A DNA stretch of 64,000 nucleotides, from positions 2,108,001 to 2,172,000 of the forward strand of contig OZ251222.1 of the NCBI GenBank assembly GCA_965240325.2, read 5' to 3'. A program made the position numbers and the translations under genes. The notes under the pieces are model-generated. The model saw nothing but the letters and a program-made list of their open reading frames with translations, did not search any database and was not told where the DNA came from. Of the stretch, positions 22,600 through 32,623 are shown piece by piece (within the stretch, counting starts at the first letter, position 1; each line of letters opens with the position of its first letter). Origin of the DNA: Rebecca billardiae RCC1528. Its lineage: Eukaryota > Protista > Haptophyta.

Positions 22600-23090
22600 A
22601 CCCTGTGAAATCATCGCCTTTGACCTTTCTGGAACGGGTGGGACGAAGACCCTGCTCCGAATCCGCTCATACCGAGCTGGCCCGCGAAAGATCATTTTGC
22701 GGGTAGGGTGAGATGCCGAAAGCAAGACCGTCTTCCGCGAAAGCCATTGGTGATGTTCCCTGGGTTTCACAGATCTTTCCGGCCTTAAAAGTTCCTGTCG
22801 TTTCAACGAGGGATTACCACCTTCTGCGCTCAAGAGTGCGTCTCTGAATGTTGTTCTGGTGGGTAGGTCGAAACTTCTTCAATTGCCCTCAATCGTCACG
22901 TAGAACCTCTCCCCCGATACAGAAGCTCGGTAGATCTGAGATCTGTGTTCATGTTTCATCAGTCGGAGCAGTCCGTCGTCTTGGAAGTTGCAGGTGCGAC
23001 TTTTCCGTACCCATAATGACGAAATCAGGCTTGCCGAAAGCGGACTTGAATAATCGGAAGTTTCCACCTACCCAGATATTACAACGGAAT
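22600..23090. ncRNA. Candidate structured non-coding RNA (unidentified)
   Basis: Low-GC island with no credible ORF and several long-range complementary segments (see findings). No known ncRNA motif recognised. Confidence 0.35.
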
Positions 23091-23091
23091 G

Positions 23092-24675
23092 TTAGGACGG
23101 CGGCTCGTGGCTGACGCCGACGGGCAGCGCATGCGCGGACCTGATTCCCGCCGCGCAGAGCAGCCGATTCTCGGGCGACACGCCGACGTCCACAAAGCCG
23201 CGCTCCACGTGCGCTCGGTAACCACTCGCGCGAAGGAGGCGCGCGCGCGCGACGTCGAGCAGCTCCTTGGCGCGAACGCCGTGGCCCGCACGCGACGCGG
23301 GGTCGAGCTCGAGCTCGGCAGCGGCGCGCCCGAGGACCGACGTGGACGCGCCCGCGCCGCCGTGCTCGTCGCACTCGCATGGTGCGCGGGGCTCCTCAGC
23401 CGCGCCGCCCTCCGCATCATCGTCCGCCTCCAGGCCGCACGTGCGTCCATCGCCCGCGGCGCTGCGTGCCGCCTGATTCTGACGCCCGCCGCCGTCGACA
23501 GCCCAGCACGCCACGGCGCACAGCCAGCGGAAGGTGCCCTCGCCGAAGCCCCATGCGACCAGCTGCTCCGTATTCGCAAAGGCCGGCCACGAGCATCGGT
23601 GGTGGCAGCACGTGGCGAGCACGGCGCCGTCGAATGCGCCCGGGCCACACGCAGCGAGGCAGCGCAGCGCGTAATCGGTTCCGGAGCCACACAGGTGCTT
23701 CGCCGAAGCCACGCGCCGCGTGGCGCGCGTGCCCCAGCGCAGGGCTGCCACGGCGACGAGGTCCACGTCTTTGATGTTGCCCTTGAGCCGCGTCACGGCC
23801 AGTCCGGACGCTTGGCCGCCATCCACGCCCATGCTCCCCGTGCGGCCGGGCGCATCGCGCGCACGCTCCGTGAGCGACCCGTCCGCCTTGTTGCGCGGGA
23901 CGATCGTGTCGATCAGCACAAAGGAGAGCTGCGCGCCGGCATCGCGCCGCGCCGCGAGCGAGGCGGAGAGCTGCGCCGTGCCTGCGCCAAACTCCACGTG
24001 CACGGCGCTCGCGGCCGCTGGGCCCACCGCGGCCGTGGCCGGCCCAGTGAGCGCCTCCGCCTCCGTGGCACCGGCCCCGCCACCGCGCAGCAGCGGATGC
24101 GACGCGATCGCGTCGCACTGCACGCGATGCCGCTCCGAGCTGCCGAGCTTGCCTGTGGGCTGGGGCGCTGGCGCGGCGGCTTCGCGAAGCTCATCGCCGC
24201 CGAGAGTGGCATGTGCCAGCGCGATGCGGTCGAGCAGCGCGCGAAGCTCGGCGACAGTCGGCGGCGGCGGCGGCGGCGGAGGGGCATGGGCTCGCGCAGC
24301 TTTCTCAGGCCGCGCTGAGGCATCGGCGCCGACGGCGCCAGGATTGAACGCGTGCAGGTCTCGGCGGAACCAAGGCTGGCTCTCGAGCTGCTGGCGCTCC
24401 TTGGTGCGGTTACACTTGCGGAGGTGCCGCTCCAGCTCGTCCTTGCGGACCGAGTGGCGCGGGTCCAGCGGGCACGGCACGCGCGCGCAGTCGCCCGCGG
24501 GCGCCGCCGCAGCTGAGCCCGTGTGATGCACACAGCACGGGCTACCGGCAACGCGAGGGAAGCGGCACCAGCGCTGCTTGCGCGGTAGAAACACCGTGCA
24601 TGTGGCTGCCTCGCCCGCCGTCGCGTCGGCCCGGCCTTCGGGAGCAAAGCACGCGTCCTGCTGCTCGCCCGCCAT
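23092..24675 (-). CDS. TRM13: tRNA:m4X (position 4) 2'-O-methyltransferase TRM13
   Basis: CCCH zinc finger (CTVFLPRKQRWCRF..CCVHH), U11-48K-type finger (RVPCPLDPRHSV..LERHLRKC) and methyltransferase motifs VEFGAG, KHLCGSGTDYALRC, ATCCHHRC, SPENRLL. Confidence 0.92.
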   Translation of the reverse strand: MAGEQQDACFAPEGRADATAGEAATCTVFLPRKQRWCRFPRVAGSPCCVHHTGSAAAAPAGDCARVPCPLDPRHSVRKDELERHLRKCNRTKERQQLESQPWFRRDLHAFNPGAVGADASARPEKAARAHAPPPPPPPPTVAELRALLDRIALAHATLGGDELREAAAPAPQPTGKLGSSERHRVQCDAIASHPLLRGGGAGATEAEALTGPATAAVGPAAASAVHVEFGAGTAQLSASLAARRDAGAQLSFVLIDTIVPRNKADGSLTERARDAPGRTGSMGVDGGQASGLAVTRLKGNIKDVDLVAVAALRWGTRATRRVASAKHLCGSGTDYALRCLAACGPGAFDGAVLATCCHHRCSWPAFANTEQLVAWGFGEGTFRWLCAVACWAVDGGGRQNQAARSAAGDGRTCGLEADDDAEGGAAEEPRAPCECDEHGGAGASTSVLGRAAAELELDPASRAGHGVRAKELLDVARARLLRASGYRAHVERGFVDVGVSPENRLLCAAGIRSAHALPVGVSHEPPS

Positions 24676-24744
24676 CGTTCTTCTGCGCAGGCCCAGTCGG
24701 ACCATTCCCGCCCGAAACACGTGTGGATCCGGTCGGGAGCCGCG

Positions 24745-27296
24745 CGCAGTGGTGCTAATCTGCCCTGAGGGCACCGTGCCCTCTGGAGGGCACCGTGCCC
24801 TCGTGGGGCTCTGAGGGCACGGTGCCCTCGCGGGACGCAGCCTCGCACTGCGCGGCGCGCCGCGATGAGTTCGAGTGGTGGACGGGGGTGCATCGGGTGC
24901 TAGTGACGGTACGATGGGCCGCGACGAGCCCACCATCACCCAGTGATCTCGTGCGGTGCCAGCTCGCCCTCCTCCTCGTCGTCACTCGCACTGGCACCAC
25001 GTCGCGCGCGCGCGCGCATGGCTTGCCTTGCGCGCGCTGTGTTCACGCGCAGTCTGCTTGGCAGCAGGGCGACCGTGGCTGGTGGTTGCGGTCGCGGATG
25101 ATTGGAGTGTGTGCAGCTGCGCTACATCCGCACGCGACCCGCCCGTCCTCGTCGAGCGCTGGAGAGACACGCGTGTCGCGCATGCACTCGAGTGGAAGCA
25201 GGAGAGCGGCACGCGAGCTTGGCTGCGCGCGCACGACAAGGTGCGCCAACACACAGCTCCTCCCGCCATGAGCACCAGCTACGCACACACCCCTTCCGCG
25301 CTGCCTGACCTGCGAGGCCGCCGCGGTGCGGACACTGCGTGAGACACCCACGGTCAGCGGCCACGGCTGACACTGGTCAACAGCTCATGCAGCCGTTGCT
25401 GCAGCTTCGATTGCAACAGCAGCAGCGCTGGTGGCAGTCAACCCCATCGCTGTCGCTGGCGTAACCACCCTCGGCGCCATAGCGCCCACGGCACCAGCAG
25501 CCCTTGCACGTCCAGCAGCTGCGGCACGTCGCTCGGCTGAGTGGCGGCAATACGGACTAGGTTGTCGTCCGAGCAGCCGCGCGGGCAGCTCCATGACCTT
25601 GGGGCGCACTGTCGCTGCATGCCGCTCCAAGCGTCTGCTGTAGCTGCTGCGGCTGAGACAGCAACTGCTATTGCTCGCGATGGCAGCTTCACCGCAGCTG
25701 TACCATCAGCATCATCAGTTGTGACTTACTTAGAACGCGATGTGGCAATAAATGGGATTTCCGCCGTTTTTTTCGCTCGATGGATTTGAATAATAAATGA
25801 AAATCCCGCTGTGACCTTGGAGACTTAGAGACTTGATGTGTGCACACAATTGACGTGGCGGCTGTGCTGCAGGGCTCACACGGGACGTCGGCGCATGGAG
25901 CCTGGGGAGCTCTTATCCGCAGAGGCGTGGTAGGCGTGCTCCATCCCGCACGCAGCCCAGCGCTGTAGCAGCCGCTTCCGCGTACTCGCACTTTGGCGGT
26001 GGTGCCAAGGCCGCGCGCCGCTCGCCTGACGGCATCGCCGCAGCAGCGCGGTCCCACGCGCATGCGGACGGGCGCGGCAATGGCGGTGGGGTTCGCAACG
26101 TGCAAGGCGTCAGCGGCTCGGCACCGGGTCCACCCGGCTGCAGCAGGAGCACCGTCGGCGCTCGCGGCGCATGCGGCGTCAGGCGCTCACCAAGCGGCGT
26201 GTCGGGCGGGTGCGGATGCAGCTGCCGGAACCAGGGCGCCGGGTATGCACGCGGCTGCAGCTCGCCCCAGCGCGCACTCGCAGGCAGTGAAGTCGGCCGC
26301 CCTGCCGGCCGGATTCGTAGGCGCTCGCTTGGCGGCTGCCGGCGCGCGACAAGCCAGAGCACGAGTAAAGCATCCGCACCGCCACGGCGGTGGTGACAGA
26401 GAGCACGACCACGGGCGGTGGTGCCGCCGATGCAGCGAGCGCGAGCTCGAGCGCGGCCGTGAACGGTGCAAGCAGCGTCAGCGGCGCGCGGAGCGATCAA
26501 GCCCGCCGTTCCAAGAGGAACAAGGGCGGCATTGCGGGAGGGTAGGGGCACCGGCAGACAGCAGCGATGTCGCGCCATCGCTGATCGGACTGACATGGCT
26601 AGCCGGTCGATGTGGCCATTGCTCGCGAGAGTATGCTATGAGCCAGATTGCTGTGCAGCACGCGACCGTGTCAGCCGTGGCCGCTGACCGTGGGTGTCTC
26701 ACGCAGTGTCCGCACCGCGGCGGCCTCGCAGGTCAGGCAGCGCGGAAGGGGTGTGTGCGTAGCTGGTGCTCATGGCGGGAGGAGCTGTGTGTTGGCGCAC
26801 CTTGTCGTGCGCGCGCAGCCAAGCTCGCGTGCCGCTCTCCTGCTTAAACTCGAGTGCATGCGCGACACGCGTGTCTCTCCAGCGCTCGACGAGGACGGGC
26901 GGGTCGCGTGCGGATGTAGCGTAGCTGCACACACTCCAATCATCCGCGACCGCAACCACCAGCCACGGTCGCCCTGCTGCCAAGCAGACTGCGCGTGAAC
27001 ACAGCGCGCGCAAGGCAAGCCATGCGCGCGCGCGCGCGACGTGGTGCCAGTGCGAGTGACGACGAGGAGGAGGGCGAGCTGGCACCGCACGAGATCACTG
27101 GGTGATGGTGGGCTCGTCGCGGCCCATCGTACCGTCACTAGCACCCGATGCACCCCCGTCCACCACTCGAACTCATCGCGGCGCGCCGCGCAGTGCGAGG
27201 CTGCGTCCCGCGAGGGCACCGTGCCCTCAGAGCCCCACGAGGGCACGGTGCCCTCCAGAGGGCACGGTGCCCTCAGGGCAGATTAGCACCACTGCG
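24745..27296. mobile_element. Non-autonomous foldback-type DNA transposon with 629-bp terminal inverted repeats
   Basis: 24745-25373 is the near-perfect reverse complement of 26668-27296 (3 mismatches noticed). Ends read CAGTGGTGCTAATC, with three sub-terminal palindromes GAGGGCAC(C/G)GTGCCCTC per arm. No transposase in the 1.3-kb core. Confidence 0.9.
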
Positions 27297-27359
27297 ATGA
27301 GCCGCGCGGCACTGCGCGGCGCGCGCGGGATGAGTCCGTGACGGGCGTCGGGGGGAGCA

Positions 27360-28061
27360 ATGCCGGCCGTGTTGCGATGCGTGTGCGTCGCGCTGGCAAT
27401 AGGCCCGTTGGGCGTCGACTCTCGCGCGCTGAGGTTCGGCTCACGGATGCCGCGCTCGTCATCCTCAGGCGGCGGTGGTGATGCTGACGAGCAGGAGCAG
27501 GAGCACGATAACAGCTTGTCCTCCACGATCGCAGAGCTGTGCCACCTTGTGCCGCGTTTCACGTACACGCTGAACCCGGAGACGTGCATTAAGATCAGGA
27601 AGCGTTTCACGCCCCTCCTGACAGAGCTCTCCGTCGGCGGTGACTTTGATCCGCGCAATCAAGTGTGGACATTCCGCACCGACTGGGTCGACACCATCAT
27701 TGGCGGCACACTCGCGCTCTCGCCGCCGATGCTGCAGTGGTCAAAGTCCCTCTATTTTCCAGGAGTTTACGACGTCGCGACGCGGCTCAAGTTCCTCGCG
27801 TCGATCGACTTGCGCACGGCGGAGACGCGAACGGGCCTGGAGGTCTCCCTCCGTCGGTCGGCAGTGACACAGAATGGCCTGCAGCTCGAGCGAAAGATCC
27901 CGCTCGATGGCCCCGACGGCCACTTCAAGCTCGGCGTGGTTGGCGCAGTCGACTTCCCCGAGGTGATTGGCATCACTGGTGGCGGCGCCACGGGACTCAA
28001 CGCGAGCGATGTACAGATTGGGCTCAATCTGAAGCGGCTTGATCTGCTCGTCGACTTCTAG
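27360..28061 (+). CDS. Hypothetical protein with signal peptide, beta-strand rich
   Basis: 233-aa ORF with normal composition, hydrophobic N-terminus, alternating hydrophobic/polar segments and C-terminal ..LDLLVDF. Confidence 0.75.
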   Translation: MPAVLRCVCVALAIGPLGVDSRALRFGSRMPRSSSSGGGGDADEQEQEHDNSLSSTIAELCHLVPRFTYTLNPETCIKIRKRFTPLLTELSVGGDFDPRNQVWTFRTDWVDTIIGGTLALSPPMLQWSKSLYFPGVYDVATRLKFLASIDLRTAETRTGLEVSLRRSAVTQNGLQLERKIPLDGPDGHFKLGVVGAVDFPEVIGITGGGATGLNASDVQIGLNLKRLDLLVDF

Positions 28062-29286
28062 TACACGCCCAGGCTGAGCTTCAACCTTGGCGGATCTGTG
28101 AGTCCTGCGATGCGAAGTTCCAGTCTCGACGGTGGTGCCAAGACTGCGTCTGCTAATGACACTGCACTGGTAAAGGCCCCCGAACCGTGGGTCGTCGTCA
28201 ACCCGCAGGCTCGTCGCGACCGTCATGCTCAACGATGGACCATTGAATCTCGCGCGTGTCACGCCCGTGCGCTCGGGTCGGCCTCGGGCCGTGACCCTGC
28301 TGCGGCGGTCACTCGGTCCGCGGGCCGCCCGGGACCGGGTCCAACCGAGTGGCCACGCGGTTCAATTCTTATAATATCAGTAGTCACCGCGGCACGCGGA
28401 CACGGCGCCTCCCGCGGACACGGCCACGGGACAGCGGCAGACACGACTGCGACAGTCGACGCCAGGCCCAGGCCACGCAGGTCAACACGGTTGACCTAAG
28501 TAGACTTGTAACGAGAGTTAAATACTGAGTTATTCGGGCTAAGAGCGCGGTCCAGCGCCGCAGCACCGCGGCGGTAGCATATATATAATTATACATCACC
28601 CGATGACGACGCCATCACTGGCAGCACTACTGATGGATATGCTGCTGGGACGACTCGACGGCGGTGCGCTGGGAGCAAATGGGAGCCTCCCAGGGACGTG
28701 TCTCAGTCAGTTGTCATTGTCAACCGCTCGGCGATGGAGTGATAATGCGCGCGATATGGACCGCCACCGAGACGACGTGTCCGTGACTGCTCGGTGAGTC
28801 GGAGGCGGGGGGGACGACCGCGAGGTGCGCTGATGATCCTGACGTAGTCAGTCCCGGTCCCCGCCGTGCTGACTCACTCGCCGCGGCGACACGAACGGCG
28901 ACACGGCACCGTACGTGTCTGCTGCTGCTGCACTCAGCAGGCTGCCCGCCTCAGCCTCACAGCCTGCGCCCGGTTGCAATGTGAATGTCAATAACATGAT
29001 GATTGATGCCATGAGTGAGCATGCCACGACGCGTTATCAATTTGATCATCATCCCGGCCGGTCTGCGTGTCAGTACCGTCACCGCGAAGTTAAGACTAGC
29101 GTAGTTACAGCTATACAGTATTCAGTAACTACTACTCTACAGACTGCTCAAATTAGCTTACGCTTCAGTTTCATCATCAGTACATTGCGTGCGCTGATTT
29201 TCTGAGTCATTCATAGACTAATTTCACTACTCATTGTATTTGTCACGATGAGTATGACGACACATGTGACTGATGTGAATACTGAG

Positions 29287-29580
29287 TAAAATCCCCTTTA
29301 ATAGACTTATAACGGGCTCTCGGGACTCATGGAGTGATCAGACCGTCGGCGGCCGAAGCCTCCAGCTTTGTGAGCCTACTGTACCCTGGCCAGCCCCCAA
29401 CCAACCAGTACCACCACCCCCACCCCGCACCCGACCTCGTCAAACCACAGAGTCGGTCACGCGACAGACAGACGAGGCACATCGTAACTAACTTGAGAAC
29501 GATCGACTAACAGTACAGTGCCCGGCTACTGACACCACTCCAGGTCACCGAGAAGTCAGTGCCGTCTGTGCCGTGGACAG
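29287..29580. repeat. Dispersed repeat, insertion-riddled copy of 61835-61998
   Basis: Collinear shared blocks TCCCCTTTA, GGGCTC, GTGATCAGAC, GGCGGCCGAAGCCTCCAGC, CCCTGGCCAGCCCCCAACCAACCA, CAAACCAC and TGACACCACTCC. Confidence 0.85.
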
Positions 29581-30287
29581 CCCACCGGGCCGCGGACTGC
29601 ACCTCCGTCATCCGTGTAATCGCGATTGTCCGGACGATATATTAGTGACGATCGAATTAATTGCGATAGTCGTCCGATATTATATCGGCGTGACGATTGG
29701 CGATTTATTGCATGAATAATAATTAATCATTTGCCTATTAAATCAGTCGGCACTCCCAGTCCCCGGGGATCACCGAGTCCGAGTAGCTTTTTAATAATAA
29801 TGAAAGAATTAATGAGACCGTGGAATCTAACAGTAATTTTTAAAAACTAGTACGTACGAGTTACCGCGCCTCGTCCCTCAGGACCGTCTAATTAGTAACA
29901 GTTGTGCGCACTGCGCCGCCGAGCAGTCGTGGCCGCGTCGGCGCCCGGTGCGGCCGCTTCATCTGCGGTCTGACAGCAGCTGAAGACGCCTGACTCGGCC
30001 AATCCTCAGTGCCAGGCTGATGGCAGAGAGTCGCATCGCGCCGTGCAGGCAGCGTAGTCCGACACGCCGGCCATATCTAGTCTCTAGATAATCAGCCGAG
30101 CTGCAGGACGGCAGCCAGCAGGCGCAGCGCGTGAGCCGTGAGCGGTGACGGCACCAGCAACCGCGACCGCCGAGCACAAACGGGTCCGAGCCCGACCGTG
30201 CAACAGCATCGTGCGTGCGGCGCCGTGCCCGAAGCGCGGGATGGCCGGTGCCGGCGCGGCGTGCGTATCCACCCGCGTCAGGCGTGC

Positions 30288-31097
<810 letters not shown>

Positions 31098-31190
31098 CTA
31101 CCCGGACTGCCAACTGTAGCCTGTCCGGGAGCTTCAACCGCCGCTTTGATCGAGCTTGCTGCCACTCTCAACCCCTGCGCCACTGCCAGC

Positions 31191-31979
31191 ATGGCCGGTC
31201 TTGCGACATCGAGCGTGACGCCTGTGAAGCTCGTGCTCCTAGGAAACGGCTCCGCGGGCAAGACTTCCCTCTGCGCGCGCTTCGTCGAGGATGGCTTCAC
31301 AAAGCAGTACCGGCAGACGATCGGGTGCGACTTCTACGACAAGCTTGTCGAGCTCAGAACCAACAAGACCGTGTCGCTTCAGGTTTGGGACATCGGCGGC
31401 CAGTCCATCGCTTCGAAGATGATCGGCAACTACGTGTATGGGTCGGATATTGTGTTCCTGTGCTACGACGTGACAGACTCCAGCTCATTCTACTCCTGCG
31501 ATGACTGGCTCGCCCACGTGCGCCGCACCTACGCTCAGCAGACGTCCTCGGACGTCCCCGGCGATGTGAAGAAGCCGCCACTGGTGTACCTGATCGCACT
31601 CAAGGTTGATCTCATCGCGCAGCGCGTGGTCATGCCGGAGGCGCACGATCGTTTCATCGCGGAGAACGACATCGACGGCGGCTTCTTCGTCTCTGCGTCA
31701 ACAGGCGAGAATGTGCTCATCGCCGTGTACTCGGCTGCGGCGCGCGCCGCTGGCATCAGGCTCACGCAAGACGAGCTGGCTTTCTACCAGCAGGTGCTGC
31801 AAGTGCGCGTGCAGGCCGAGCGTGAGGAGGAGGCTGCCGTCCAGGAGGATGAGGTCGGTCGCGATTTGGAGGATAACGATGAGGGGGCGCCGATCGCAAG
31901 CTGCATGCCGTGCTTCGGTGGTGGCGGCCGCCGTGCCAGGTCCAATAAACCTGCTGGGCATCATCATGATTATTCATGA
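31191..31979 (+). CDS. RAB28: Rab28-like small GTPase
   Basis: P-loop GNGSAGKTS, switch I QTIG, Rab28-diagnostic WDIGGQS..KMIGNYVYG and FVSA G5 box. Confidence 0.85.
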   Translation: MAGLATSSVTPVKLVLLGNGSAGKTSLCARFVEDGFTKQYRQTIGCDFYDKLVELRTNKTVSLQVWDIGGQSIASKMIGNYVYGSDIVFLCYDVTDSSSFYSCDDWLAHVRRTYAQQTSSDVPGDVKKPPLVYLIALKVDLIAQRVVMPEAHDRFIAENDIDGGFFVSASTGENVLIAVYSAAARAAGIRLTQDELAFYQQVLQVRVQAEREEEAAVQEDEVGRDLEDNDEGAPIASCMPCFGGGGRRARSNKPAGHHHDYS

Positions 31980-32160
31980 TCAGCGATAGATCGATCTGAT
32001 GAGAACTATCTATCGATCTATATATCTATATATATAGATATATATTGTAGAGTTCGAAAATAAGAATGTAGTGATGTAAGGACTTCGATGACGACGCCTT
32101 GCTGCCCGGTCACGGAGTGTGGGCTGTGGCGCCACTGGCCCACTGGCCACTGCAGACGTG

Positions 32161-32176
32161 AAATAATAATAATAAT

Positions 32177-32252
<76 letters not shown>
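32161..32252. repeat. (AAT)n(AT)n microsatellite
   Basis: Directly visible. Confidence 0.97.
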
Positions 32253-32254
<2 letters not shown>

Positions 32255-32623
32255 TCAGACTGACGCGCACTCCTGAGGAGCGTCGGCACTCCTGCTTGCG
32301 CTGGGCGGTGCCCCGTACTCCGTAGACCTGCCGCGCCGACCCGCGCGCAGCGTGAGCGGGGACTGCGGGGAGTGTCGCCAGTGAGCGGACTGTCACTGAG
32401 CGCGGTGCGGCCGCGCCGCGCCGCTGCGGCTCACTGACTGCTAGTCACTCGGGACACTCGGTGCGGAATAATGATAAATGCGGATGCAGTCTCGCCCGTC
32501 ACATCTGGACCAGATTCTGGACGCCCGCGCTGGCGTGACTCGCCGCCGCCTCCGACGACGGAGACTGGACTTGGATCATGGAGTGAGCAAAGATGCATCA
32601 TCAGACAGATGCCCGTGAGATGG

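Noticed and set aside
22545-23060. Selenoprotein (TGA read-through) paired with the SECIS-like hairpin at 23016-23058; also U2/U3, RNase P/MRP, SRP or telomerase RNA identity for the island
   Set aside because: Read-through frames give no selenoprotein-like peptide. The diagnostic boxes (U2 GTGTAGTA, U3 box A, RNase P/MRP CR-I/CR-V, SRP helix 8, CTAACCCT template) were not found by eye, so the island is left unassigned.
25378-25560. Cys-rich metallothionein-like peptide on the minus strand inside the foldback element
   Set aside because: No start codon after the upstream TAG; the Cys codons come from GCA/GCT-rich low-complexity sequence.
32010-32396. ORFs with IYIYIY / CVCVCV runs (also 43201-43576)
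   Set aside because: Translations of microsatellites.
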